Origin: the human T2T-CHM13v2.0 reference genome, Homo sapiens
Assembly (NCBI GenBank): GCA_009914755.4
Contig: CP068257.2
Coordinates: 6,272,001-6,336,000 of the forward strand
DNA: 64,000 bases
Direction: 5' to 3'
The notes under the pieces were generated by a model. It did no database searches. It was given only the letters and a program-made list of their open reading frames with translations, and was not told the origin of the DNA. The position numbers and the translations under genes were made by a program. Below, piece by piece: positions 45,901 through 61,600 of the stretch (positions are counted from its first letter, which is position 1; each line of letters begins with the position of its first letter).

Positions 45901-48900
45901 TAGGATCTGCCTAAAAGGACTTTGTGACGTAACTCTGCACTGATCATCCAGGTGATGGGGCTTTTGTCTAGGCTCTGCTAAGGGGGAATTGTGACATATT
46001 TCTGCACTGACCACCCAGGTGACGGACTCTTGTCTTGGATCTTCCTATAGGGGCACTGTGACATATCTCTGCACTGATCACCCATGTGATGCAACTGTTG
46101 TATAAGCTCTGCCTACAGGGAACTGTGAGAGATCTCGCCACTGATCACCCAAGTGATGAAACTATTGTCTAGGTTTTGCCTACAGTGGGCTTGGTGACAT
46201 ACCTTTGCACTGATCACCCAGGTGATGGAACTCATCTAAGTTCTGCCTACAGGAGCTTTGTGACATATCTCTGCACTGATCACTTAGGTGATGTAACAGT
46301 TTTATAAACACTGCCTACAGGGAATTTTGACAAGTCTCTGCACTGATTACCTAGCTGTTGTAACTCTTTTTTACCCTCTGCCAAAAGGGGGCATTGTGAA
46401 ATATCACTGCACTGATCACCCAGGTGATGCAACTCTTCTCTATGCTCTGCCTACAGGGACATTGTGACATATCTCTGCACTGATCACCCAGGTGATGTAA
46501 CCCTTTTCTAGTCTCTGCCTACGGAGGGCGTTGTGACATCTCTCTGCACGTATCACCCGGGTTATGTAAGTCTTGTCTAGGCTCTGCCTAGAGGGGCATT
46601 GTGTCATATCTCTGCTCTGATCACACAGGTGATGTAATCCTTTTCTAGTCTCTGCCTACGGATTGCGTTGTGACATCACTCTGCACGGATCACCCGGGTT
46701 ATGTAACTGTTGTCTAGGATCTGCCTAGAGGGGCTTTGGGACATATCTCTGTACTGATCGCTGAGGTGATGTAAAACTTGTCTAGGCTTTGCCTACAGTG
46801 GTATTTATGACATATCTCTGCCCTGATCACCCAGGTGATGTAACTCTTGTCTAGGCTCTGCTTACACGGGGTATTGTGAGATATCTCCTCACTGATCACC
46901 CAGGCGATGTAACTCTTTTATAGCCTCTGCCTACAGGGGCATTTTAACATATCACTGCACTGATCAGCGAGATGATGTAAGTGTTGTATAGGCTTCGCCG
47001 ACGGGGTCATTGAGACATATCACTGCACTGGTCACCGAGGTGATGCAACACTTTTCTAGTCTCTGCCTACAGAGGGCGTTGTGACATCACTCTGCACGGA
47101 TCACCCAGCTGATGGGACTTTTGTCTAGGCTCTGCCTATGCGGGCATTGTGACATATCTCTGTACTGATCACCCAGGTGATGTAACTCTTGCGTTGTATC
47201 TGCCTATGGTGCCGTTGTGACATATTGCTTCACTGATCACCCAGGTGATGGGACTCTTGTCTAGGCTCTGTGTTTGGGGGTTTTGTGACATATCTCTGCA
47301 CTGATCACCCAGGTGATGTAACGCTTGACTAGGCTCTGCCTACGGGGCATAGTGACATATCACTGCATTGATCACCGAGGTGATGTAACTCTTGTCCAGG
47401 CTCTGCCTATAGGGGGCCTTGTGACATATCTCTGCAATGATCACCTAGGTGATGTAACTCTTGCTTACGCTCTGCCTGCAGGGGCATTGTGAAATATCTC
47501 TGCACTGACCACCCAGCTGACGGGACTGTTCTCTAGGCTCTGCCTACTGGGAGCATTGTCACATATTTCTGCACTGATCACCCAGGTGACGGACTCTTCC
47601 CTTGGATTTGCCTATGGGGGCATTGTGACATATCTCTGCACTGATCACCCAGGTGATGTAACTCTGCTCTTAGCTCTGCCTAAAGGGGAATTGTGACAGA
47701 TATCTGCACTGATCACTCAGGTGATGTAACTATTGTCTAGGCTCTGCTTAAAGGGGCCTTGTCACATATGTCTGCACGGATCACCCAGGTAATGCAACTC
47801 TTGTCTAAGTTCTGCTTAAAGGGGGTATTGTGACATAATTCTGCACTGATCACCTAAGTGATGTAACACTTGTATAGGCTCTGCCTAAAGGCGCATTTTG
47901 ACATATCTCTGCACTGTTAACCGAGGTGATGCTACACTTGTCTAGGCTGTGCCCACAGGGGGATTGAGACATATCTCTGCACTAATCCCGAGGTCATCCA
48001 ACTTTTGCCTGGTCTCTGCCTACTGGGGACATTGTGACGTATCTAGGCACTGATCTCCCAGGTGCTGTAACTTTAGTCTAGGCTCTCGCTACACAGCATC
48101 GTGACATATCACTGCACTGATCACCCAGGTAATATAACTCTCGTCTAGGCTCTGCCTACAGGGGGCTTGTGACATATCTCTGCACAGATCACCCAGGTGA
48201 TATAACTCTTCTATAGGATCTGCCTACAGGGTGCTTTGTGACATATCCCTGCAATGATCACCCAGGTGATATACTACTTGTCAAGGCTCAGCCTACAGGG
48301 GCATTGAGATGTATATCTGCACTGATCACCTAGGTCATGTAACTCTTCTCTAGGCTCTGCCTACAGTGGCATTGTGACATACCTCTGCACTGATCACCCA
48401 GGTGATGTAACTCTTTTCTAGGATCTGCCTACAGGGTGCTTTGTGACATATCCCTGCAATGATCACCCAGGTGATGTACCACTTCTCAAGGCTCTGCCTA
48501 CAGGGACACTGCAATGTATCTCTGCACTGATCACCAAGGTCATGTAACTCTTGTCTAGGCTCTGCCTACAGTGGCATTGTGACATATCTCTGCACTGATC
48601 ATCCAAGTGATGTAACCCTTGTCTAGGATCTGCCTAAAGGGACTTTGTGACATAAGTCTGCACTGATCATCCAGGTGATGGGGTTTTTGTCTAGGCTCTG
48701 CCTAAGGGGGCATTGTGACATATTTCTGCACTGATCACCCAGGTGATGGACTCTTGTCTTGGATCTGCCTATGGGGGTACTGTGACATATCTCTGCACTG
48801 ATCACCCAGGTGATGAAACTTTTGTATAAGCTCTGCCTACAGGGGAATTGTGAGAGATCTCGCCACTGATCACCCAAGTGATGTAACTATTGTATAGTCT

Positions 48901-51900
48901 TTGCCTACAGAGGGTTTTGTGACATACCTTTGCTCTGATCACCCAGGTGATGTAACTCATCTAAGTTCTACCTACAGGAGCTTTATGACGTATCTCTGCA
49001 CTGATCACTTATGTAACACTTTTATAAGCACTGCCTACAGGGAATTTTGACAAATCTCTGCACTGATCACATAGGTGATGTAACTCTTGTCTACCCTCTG
49101 CCCAAAGGGGGCATTGTGAAATATCTCTGCACTAATCACCCAGGTGATTCAACTCTTGTCTAGGATTTGCCTACAGGGGTTATTGTGAAATATCTCTGCA
49201 CTGATCATCTAGGTGATGTAACTCTTGTCTATGGTCTGCCTACAGGGGCGGTTTCACATATCCCTGAACTGATGACAAAGGTGATGTAACTCTTGCCTAG
49301 GCTTTGCCTAGAGGGGACATTGTGACATATCTCTGCACTGATCACCCAGGTGATGCAACTCTTCTCTATGCTCTGCCTACAGGGGACATTGTGATATATC
49401 ACTGCACTGATCACCCAGGTGATGCAACTCTTCTATATGCTCTGCCTTCAGGGGGCATTGTGACATAACTCTGCACTGATTACCCATGTGATGTAACTCT
49501 TTTCTAGTCTCTGCTACAGAGGGCGTTGTGACATCACTCTGCATGGGACACCCCGGTTATGTAACTCTTGTCTAGGCTCTGCCTATGGGGGCATTTTGAC
49601 ATATCTCTACACTGATAACCCAGGTGATGTAACTATTGTATAAGCTCTGCTTACAGGGGAATCGTGAGAGATCTCGCCACTGATCACCCAAGTGATGTAT
49701 CCATTGTCCAGGCTTTGCCTACAGGGGTCTTTGTGACATAGCTTTGCACTGATCACCCAGGTGATGTAACACATCTAAGTTCTGCCTACAGGAGCTTTTT
49801 GACATATATCTGCATTGATCACTTAGGTGATGTATCACTTTTATAAGCACTGCCTACAGGGAATTTTGACAAATCTCTGCACTGATCACCTAGGTGATGT
49901 AACTCTTGTCTACCCTCTGCCCAAGGGGACATTGTGAAATATCTCTGCACTGATCACCCAGGTGATTGAACTCTTGTCTAGGATCTGCCCACAGGGTGTA
50001 TTTTGAAATACCTCAGCACTGATCAACTAGGTGTTGTAACTCTTGTCTAGGCTCTGCCTACAGGGGCGTTTTCACATATCCCTGAACTGATGACAAAGGT
50101 GATGTAACTCTTGCTTAGGCTTTGCCTACAGGGGACATTGTGACATATATCGGCACTGATCACCCAGGTGATGCAACTCTGGCCTAGCGTTTGCCTACAG
50201 GGGACATTGTGACATACATCTGCACTGATCACCCAGGTGATGCAACTCTTCTCTATGCTCTGCTTACAGGGGACATTGTGACATATCTCTGCACTGATCA
50301 CCCATGTGATGCAACTCTTCTTTATGTTCTGTCTACAGGGGACATTGTGACATATCTCTGCACTGATCACCCAGGTGATGTGTTTTGTAGTCTCTGCCTA
50401 CAGAGGGCGTTGTGACATCATTCTCCACGGATCACCTGGATTATGTAACTCTTGTGTAGGCTCTTCCTATGGGGGCATTGTGACTTATCTCTGCACAGAT
50501 CACCCAGGAGATGTGACTCTTGTCTAAGCTCTGCCTAGAGGGACATTGGGACATATCTCTGCACTGATCGCTGAGGTGAGGTAAAATTGTCTAGGCTTTG
50601 CCTACACTGGGATTCATGACATATCACTGCACTGATCTCCCAGGTGATGTAACTCTTGTCTGGGCTCTGCTTACAGGGGTTATTGTGAGATATCTCTGCA
50701 CTGATCACCCAGGTGATGCAACTCTTGTCTAGGCTCTGCCTACAGCGGCATTTTAACATATCACTGCACTGATCACCGATAAGATGTAACTCTTGTATAG
50801 GCTTCGCCAACAGGGGGCATTGAGACATATCTCTGCAATGATCACCGAGGTGATGCAACTCTTGTTTGGGATCTGCCTACAGGGGGCATTGTGACATATC
50901 TCTGCCCTGATCACCCAGGTGATGTAACTCTTGTCTTGGCCTGCCTACTGGAGACATTGTGACATATCTCCGCACTGGTCACCCAGGTGATGTCATTTTT
51001 GTCAAAGATATGGCTACAGGGACATTGTGACATGTCACTGCACTGATCACACAGCTGATGTAACTCTTGTCTAGGCTCTGGCTACAGGGGGCTTGTGACA
51101 CTTCTCTGCACTGATCACCCAGGTGATGTAACCCTTGTCTAGGCTCTGCCAAAAGGGGGCATTGTGACATACCTCTGCACTGATCACCCAGGTGATGGGA
51201 CTGTTGTCTAGGCTCTGCCTACAGGGGCATTGTGACATATCTCTGCACTGATAACGCAGGTGATGTAACACTTGTCTATATCTGCCTACTGGCAGCATTG
51301 TGGCATATTTCTGCACTGATCACCCAGGTGATGGACTCTTGTCTTGGATCTGCCTATGGGGGCATAGTGACATATATATGCACTGATCACGCAGGTGATG
51401 TAACACTTGTCTATATTTGCCTACTGGCGGCATTTTGGCATATTTCTGCACTGATCACCAAGGTGATGGACTCTTGTCTTGGATCTGCCTATGGGGGCAT
51501 AGTGACATATATCTGCACTGATCACTCATGTAACGCTTGACTAAGCTGTGCCTAAAGGGGAATTGTGACAGATATCTTCACTGATCACCCAGGTGAAGTA
51601 ACAATTTTCTGGGATTTGTCTACAGGGGGCTTTGTGACATATCTTTGCACTGATCACCCAGGAGATGTAACTCTTGTCTAGGCTCGGCCTACATGGGCTT
51701 GTGACATATTTCTGCACTGATCACCCAGGAAATGTAACTCTTGTTCAGGCCCTGCCTACAGGGCTTTGTGACATATTTCTGTACTGATCACCCAGGTGAT
51801 GTTACTCTTGTCTAGTCTCCTCCTACCGGGGTTATTGTGACGTGTCTCTGCACTGTTCACCCAGGTGATGTAACTCTTGTCTAGGCTCCACCTACAGGGG

Positions 51901-53255
51901 GTATTGTGACGTATCTCTGCACTGATCACCCAGGTGATGTAACATTTATCTAGGCTCTGCCTACAGGGGCGTTTTGACATAGCTCTGCACAGATCACCTA
52001 GGTTATGTAACTCTTGTCCACTCTCTGCCTACAGGGGGCAGTGTGAAATATCTCTGCACTGATCACCCAGGTGATGGGACCCTTCTCTATACTCTGCCTG
52101 GAGGGGATTTGTGATATATCTCTGCACTGATCACCCAGGTGATGGAAGTCTTGTCTAGGCTCTGTCTACAGGGATTTTTGTGACATATCACTGCACTTAT
52201 AACCTAGGTGACGTAAGCCTTGTATGGGCTTTGCCTACAGAAGGCTTTGTGACATATCTATGCACTGATCTCTGAGGTGAGGCAACTCTTGTCTAGGCAT
52301 TGCCTACAGGGGACATTGGTACATATCTCTGCTCGGATCACCCAGGTGATGGACTCTTATCTTCGATCTGCCTACATGGACATTGTGACACATCTTTGTA
52401 CTGATTATCCATGTGATGAAACTCTTGTCTAGGCTCTGCCTACAGGGGCTTTGTGACACACCCCTGCACTGATCACCCTGTGGAGGGAACTCTTGTCTAC
52501 TGTCTGCCTACAGGAGGCTTTATGGCTTATACCTACACTGATAACCTAGGTGATGTAACAGTTGTCTAGGCTCTGACTACATGGGAATTCTCACATATCT
52601 CTGCACTGATCACCCGGGTGATGGAACTGCTGTATAGTTTCAGCCTACAGGAGCGTTTTGACATATCTCTGCACTGATCACCCAGGTGATGTAACCCTTG
52701 TTTAAGCTCTATCTACAGGGGCATTGTGACAGATCTCTCCACTGCTCACCCAGGTGATGTAACACTTGTCTGGGCTTGGCCTACAGGGAGCATTGTGATG
52801 TACATTGCCACTGATCAAACAGGTGATGTAACCCTTAAGGTTCTGCTTACAGGGGCTTTGTGACATATCTCTACACTGATCACCCCAGGGAGGAAACAAT
52901 TGTCTACACTCTACCTACAGGAGGCTTTACGACTTATCCCTGCACTGATCACTAGGTGATGTAACACTTGTCTTGGCTCTGTCTACACGGGAATTTTCAC
53001 ATATCTCTACACTGATCACCTAAGTGATTTAACCCTTGTCTAGGTTCAGCCTACTGGGGATTTCTGACATACCTATGCACTGATCACCGAGGTGATGTAA
53101 ATCTTTTCCAGGCTTTTTGTACAGGGGACATTGTGATATATCTCTGCACTGATCACCCAAATGATGCAAATCTTCTCTAGGTTCCACAGGGAGGGGGCAT
53201 TGTGACATATTTCTGAACTGATCATCCAGGAGATGTAACTATTCTCCAGGCTTTG
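33953..53255. repeat. Beta-satellite array, orientation F, about 19.3 kb, with multi-kb internal repeat structure.
   Basis: 68-bp monomers throughout. Landmark multi-monomer motifs recur. The CAGTGATCACGCAGGTGATGTAAC...TCTATATCTGCCTACTGGCGGCATTGTGGCATATTTCTGCACTGATCACCC...GGACTCTTGTCTTGGATCTGCCTATGGGGGCATAGTGAC block occurs at about 37020, 39750, 41730, 44530 and 51230 (duplicated at 51370). Minor scars are the T-rich junction at 44880-44920 and a 136-bp tandem duplication at 51230-51500. Confidence 0.92.
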
Positions 53256-53965
53256 ACTAAAGAGCGTCGGAATGTGCTGGGAGAGCCTCAGTCGGAATTT
53301 CATGGATGGACAAGGGCACAGAGAGGCCAGCGAGTTCCCTTGCATGTCAGCCAGGGTGCGCAATGAGCGCAGGTCTAGCCAGGAGGCTGGAAAAGAGAGC
53401 TAGAAGTCTGCGTTCCACAACCAGGCACTCCATGGTGGTAGCTGGCAGGCTGCAGGGTCACGGGCGTGCTGGCGACGGTGGCGGGGAGGCGCAGAGGGGG
53501 CGAGCCGCCAGAGGGGTGTCAGGCCTGGACGCAGCTCAGGCCCGGTGTTTCGCGGGATGGGTGTATCCACTCAGCCCAGGGGAGGACGCATTTTCCAGGG
53601 GAAGGCGGTGGGGGTGGGGAGGGGGTGGTCAGGCGTGGTTGTGGTGGTGGAAAGGCATGAGAGCTCTGCCCGGGCTGCTCCCACAGCCCAGGCGGCTGCC
53701 CGCAAAACCGCATGTGCGCAGTAGGCGGCCCACCTGCTGGTACCTGGGCCAGCTCTGGTATCCCCAGGATGCCCAGGAAAGAATGGCAGTTCTCCGCTTT
53801 GTGGAGTCTCTCACCGGGCCTAGACCTAGAAGGCAGGAATCCCAGGCCGGTCTGCCTGGTGGAATGGGCGTGGTGAAGACACGCCCCTCCATAGCCAGCC
53901 AGGTGTTCCCTGCAAAAGAGAGGCCACCGCCCCGCCCCGACGCGACCCCGTTCCAACCCCGTGTC

Positions 53966-55403
<1,438 letters not shown>

Positions 55404-55620
55404 TCATGAATGGCGGTGAGCCCTGGGACAGCCCGCCCCACCCCGGAATGTTCCCAGGGCATCGAGGCCCTGGGGTGGAGGGCGTGGTGATGGTGGGGCC
55501 GGAGAAACGAAGAGGAAGGGGGCGAGAGGGAAGGTGTGAGGGGGGCGCGTATCGGGGGCTGGCTCTCCGGACCTCTCCAGGAATCCCGCGGGAACTGGAA
55601 GCCTCTCTCTGGGCTCCCAG

Positions 55621-58600
55621 AGATTCAACTCTTCCCTAGGATCTGCCTACAGGGGCGTTTTCACATATCCCTAAACTGATGAAAAAGGTGATGTAACTCG
55701 TACCTAGGCTTTGCTTACAGGGGACATTGTGACATATCTCTGCATTGATCTCCCAGGTGATGCAACTCTTCTCTGTGCTCTGCCTACAGGGTACACTGTG
55801 ACATATCTCTGCACTGATCACCCAGGTGATGTAAATCTTTTCTAGTCTCTGCCTACAGAGGGCGTTGTGACATCACTCTGCACGGATCACCCGGGTTATG
55901 TAACTCTTGTCTAGGCTCTGCCTATGGGGGCATTGTGACATCTCTGCACTGATTACCCAGGAGAGGTGACACTTGTCTAAGCTCTGCCTAGAGGGACATT
56001 GGGACATATCTCTGCACTGATCACTGAGGTGATGTAAAACTTGTCTAGGCTTTGCCTACAGTGGGATTTATGAAATATCTCTGCACTGATCACCCAGGTG
56101 ATGTAACTCTTGTCTAGGCTCTACTTACCGGGCGTATTGTAAGATATCTCTGCACTGAAAACCCAGGAGATGAAACTCTTGTCTAGTCTCTGCCTATGGG
56201 GGCAATTTAACAAATCACTGCACTGATCACCGAGATGATGTAACTCTTGTATAGGCTTTGCCAACAGGGGGCATTGAGATATATCTCTGCACTGATCACC
56301 GAGGTGATGCAACTCTTGTCTGGGATCTGCTTACAGTGGACATTGTGACATATCTCTGCCCTGATCACCCAGGTGATGTAACTCTTGTCTAGGCTCTGCC
56401 TATTCGAGACATTGTGACATATCTCCGCACTGATCACCCAGGTGATGTCACTTTTGTAAAGATACGGCTAGAGGGATATTGTGATATGTCACTGCACTGA
56501 TCACACAGCTGATGTAACCCTTGTCTAGGCTCTGGCTACAGGGGGCTTGTGACACATCTCTGCACTTATCACCCAGGTGATGTAACCCTTCTCTAGGCTC
56601 TGCCAAAAGGGGGCATTGTGACATACATCTGCACTGATCATCCAGGTGACGGGACTCTTGTCTACGCTCTGCCTGTAGGGGCATTGTGACATATCTCTGC
56701 AGTGATCACGCAGGTGATGTAACTATTGTCTATATCTGCCTACTGGCAGCATTGTGGCATACTTCTGCACTGATCACCCAGGTGATGGACTCCTGTCTTG
56801 GATCTGCCTATGGGGGCATAGTGACATATCTCTGCACTGATCACCGAGGTGATGCAACTCTTGTCTTGGCTCTCCTTCCAGGGGGCATTGTGACATATCT
56901 CTGCCCTGATCACCCAGGTGATGTAACTCATTTCTAGGTTCCGTCTACAGGGGCTTTTTGACATATCTCTGAAGTGATCACCGAGGTGATGTAACTCTTG
57001 TCTAGGCATTGCTTACAGTGTGCATTGCAACATATCTCTGCACTGATCACTCAGGCGATGCAACTCTTCTCTAGGCTCTGCCTACAGTGTGCATTGTGAC
57101 ATATCTCTGCACTGATCTCCCCGATAATGTAACCTTTGCCTAGGCTCTGGCCACACGGCATTGTGACATATCACTGCACTGATCACCCATGTGATATAAC
57201 TCTTGTCTAGGCTCTGCCTACAGTGGCATTATGACATATCTCTGCACTGATCACCCAGGTGATATAACTCTTGTCTAGGATCTGCGTAAATAGACTTTGT
57301 GACATAAACCTGCACTGATCATCCAGGTGATGGGGCTTTTGTCTAGGCTCTGCCCACGAGGGCATTCTGACGTATTTCTGTACTGAACACCCAGGTGACG
57401 GACTCTTGTCTTGCATCTGCTTATGGGGGCATTGTGACATATCTCTGCACTGATCACCCAGGTGATGTAACTGTTGTATAAGCTCTTCCTACAGGGGAAT
57501 TGTGAGAGATGTCTTTACTGATCCCCCAAGTAATGTAACTATTGTCTAGGCTTTGCCTACAGGGGGCTTTGTGACATAACTTTGCACTGATCACCCAGGT
57601 GATGTAACTCATTTAAGCTCTGCCTACAGGGGCTTTGGGACATATCTCTGCACTTATCACTCCTGGTGAGAGAATTCTTGGCTAGGCTCTGCCTACAGGG
57701 AGCTTTGTGACATATATCTCTGCACTGATCACCTAGGTGATGTAACACTTTTATAAGCTCTGTCTACAGGGAATTTTGACAAACCTCTGCACTGATCACC
57801 TAGGTGATTTAACACTTCTCTACCCTCTGCCTACAGGAGGCAATGTGAAAAATCTCTGCACTGATCACCCAGGTGATGCAAGTCTTCTCTAAGATCTGTC
57901 TACAGTGGGTATTCTGAAATATCTCAGCACTGATCACCTAGGTGATGTAACTTTTTTCTACCCTCTGCCTACAGGGGACAATGTGAAAAATCTCTGCACT
58001 GATCACCCAGGTGATGCAAGTCTTGTCTAGGATCTGCCTAAAGGGGCATTTTAATATATCTCTGAACTGATGGCAAAGATGATGTAACTCTTGCCTAGGC
58101 TCTGCCTACAGGGGACATTGTGACATATCTCTGCACTGATCACCCAGGTGATGTAACTCTTGTCTAGGCTCTGCCTACAGGGGCATTTTAACACATCACT
58201 GCACTGATCACCGAGGTGATGCAACTCTTGTCTGGGATCTGCCCACAGAGGGCATTGTGACATATCTCTGACGTGATCACCCAGGTGATGTTACTCTTGT
58301 CTAGGCTCTGCCTAATGGAGACATTGTGATAGACATTGTGACTTATCTCTGCACTGATCACCCAGCTGATGTAACTCTTGTCTAGGCTCTGGCCACAGGG
58401 ACATAGTGACATATCTCTGCACTGATCTCTCAGGTGAGGTAACTCTTGTGTAGTCTCTGCCTACAGAGGGCTTTGTGACATCACTCTGCAATGATCACCC
58501 AGGTGATGTAACCCTTGTCTAGGCTCTGCCTACATGGACATTGTGACATGTCTCTGCACTGATCACCCAGGTGATGTAAATTTTGTCTGGGCTCTGCCCA

Positions 58601-61600
58601 CAGGTGCATTTTGACATATCTCTGCACTGGTCATGGAGATGATGTAACTCTTGTCTGGGCTTTGCTGACAGGAGGCATTGAGATATATCTCTGCACTGAT
58701 CACCGAGATGATGCAACTCTAGTCTGGGCTCTGCCTACAGGGGGATTGTGACATATCTCTGCACTGATCACCCAGGTGATGTAACTCTTGTCTAGGCTCT
58801 GCCTCAAGGGGGTATTGTGACATATCACTACACTGATCACACAGGTGATGTAACTCTTCTCTAGGCTCTGCCTACAAGGTGCTTTGTGACATCACTCTGT
58901 ATTGATCATCCCGGTGATGTAACTTTTGTCTAGGCTCTGCCTACAGGGACTTCGTGACATATCTCTGCACTGATCACCCAGGTGATGGGACTTTTGTCTA
59001 GGCTCTGCCTATGGGGGCATTGTGACATATCTCTACACTGATCACCCAGGTGATGTAACTCTTGTGTTGGGTCTGCCTATGGGGGCATTGTGACATATTT
59101 CTGCACTGATCACCCTGGTGATTGGACTCTTGCTTACGCTCTGCCTGCAGCGGCATTGTGAAATTTCTCTTTACTGATCAACCAGGTGATGTAACCCTTG
59201 TCTAGGATCTGCCTACAGGGTGCTTTGTGGCATAGCCCTGCAATGGTCACCCAGGTGATATACCACTTGTCAATGCTCTGCCTACACGGGCATTGTGATG
59301 TATCTCTGCACTGATCACCTAGGTCATGTAACTATTGTCTAGGCTCTGCTTACAGGGGGTATTTTGGCATATCTCTGCACTGATCACCTAAGTGATGTAA
59401 CACTTGAGTAGGTTCTGCCTACAGTGACATTTTGACATACCTCTTCCCTGATAAGCAAGGTGATTTAACTCTTGTCTCCGCTTTTCCCACAGAGGGATTG
59501 AGACTTATCTCTGCACTGATCCCGAGGTGATCCAAATCTTTTCTAGGCTCTGCCTACTGGGGACATTGTGACATATCTCTGTACTGATCTCCCAGGTGAT
59601 GAAACTTTTGTCTAGGCTCTGGCTACACAGCATTGTGACATATCACTGCACTTATCACCCAGGTGATATAACTCTTGTCTAGGCTCTGCCTGCAGTGGGC
59701 TTGTGACATATCTCTGCACTGCTCACCCAGGTGATGTAACTCTTGTCTAGGATCTGCCTACAGGGTGCTTTGTGACATATCCCTGCAATGATCACCCAGG
59801 TGATGTACCGCCTGTCAAGGCTCTGCCTACAGAGGCATTGTGATGTATCTCTGCACTGATCACCTAGGTCATGTAACTCTTTTCTAGACTCTGCCTACAC
59901 TGGCATTGTGTCATATCCCTGCACTGATCACCCAGGTTATGTAACTGTTGTCTAGGATCTGCCTACAGGGTGCTTTGTGACATATGCCTGCAATTATCAC
60001 CCAGGTGATGTACCACTTGTCAAGGCTCTGCCTACAGGGGGATTGTGATGTATCTCTGCACTGATCACCTGGGTCATGTAACTCTTGCCTAGGCTCTGCC
60101 TACAGTGGCATTGTGACATATCTCTGCACTGATCACCCAACTGATGTAACTGTTGTCTAGGATCTGCCTAAAGGGTCTTTGTGACATAACTCTGCCCTCA
60201 TCATCCAGGTGATGGGGCTTTTGTCTAGGCTCTGCCTACAGGGGCATTGTGACGTATTTCTGCTCTGTTCACCCAGGTGACAGACTATTGTCTTGCATCT
60301 GCCTATGGGGGCATTATGACATAGCTCTGCACTGATCACCGAGGAGATGTAACTGTTGTATAAGCTCTGCCTACTTGTGAGTTGTGAGAGATCTCTCCAC
60401 TGATCACCCAAGTGATTTAACTATTGTCTTGGCTTTTCCTGCAGTGGGCTTTGTGACATATCTGTGCACTGATCACCCAGGTGATGTAAGTCATCTAAGC
60501 TCTGCCTACAGGGGCCTTGTGACTTATCTCTGACCTGATCACTCCCGGCGTGGGAATTCTTGTCTAGGCTCTGCCTACAGGGGGCTTTGTGACACATCTC
60601 TGCACTGATCACCTAGGCAATGTAATAGTTTTATAAGCTCTGCCTACAGGGAATTTTCACAAATCTCTGCACTGATCACCTAGATGATGTACCTCTTGTC
60701 TACCCTCTGCCTACAGGGGGCATTTTGATATAGCTCTGCACTGATCACCCAGGTGATGCAACTCTTCTCTAGGATCTGCCTAAAGGGGGTATTGTGAAAC
60801 ATCTCTGCACTGATCAACTAGGTGATGTAACTCTTGTCTAGGCTCTGCCTACAGGGGCGTTTTGACATATCTCTGAACTGATGACAAATGTGATGTAAGT
60901 CTTGCCTAGGCTTTGACTACAGGGGACATCCTGACATATCTCTGCACTGATCACCCAGGTGATGCAACTATTCTCTAGGCTCTGCCTACAGGGGACTTTG
61001 TGACATATCTCTGCAATGATCAACTAGGTGATGTAACTGTTGTCCAGGCTCTGCCTATGGGGGCATTGTGACGTATCTCTGCACTGATCAATCCGGAGAT
61101 GTGACACTTTTCTAAGCTCTGCCTACAGGGGCATTGGGAGACATCTCTGCACTGATCACTGAGGTTATTTAAAACTTGTCTAGGCTTTGCCTACAGTAGG
61201 ATTTTTGACGTATCTCTGCACTGATCACCCAGTTGATGTAACTCTTGTCTAGACTTTGCCTACAGGGGGTATTTTGAGATATCTCTGCACTGATCACCGA
61301 GGTGAAGTAACTCATGTCTAGGCTCTGCCTACTGGAGACATGGTGACATATCTCTGCATTGATCACCCAGATGATGTAACTCTTGTCTAGGCTGTGGCCA
61401 CAGGGACATAGTGACATATATCTGTGCTGATCACTTATGTGATGTAACTCTTGACTAATCTTTGCCTACAGAGGGCGTTGTGACATATCTCTGCACTGAT
61501 CTCTCAGGTGAGGTAACTCTTGTCTAGTCTCTACCTACAGAGGTCGTTGTGAAATCACTCTGCAATGATCACCCAGGTGATGTAGCACTTGTCTAGGCTC

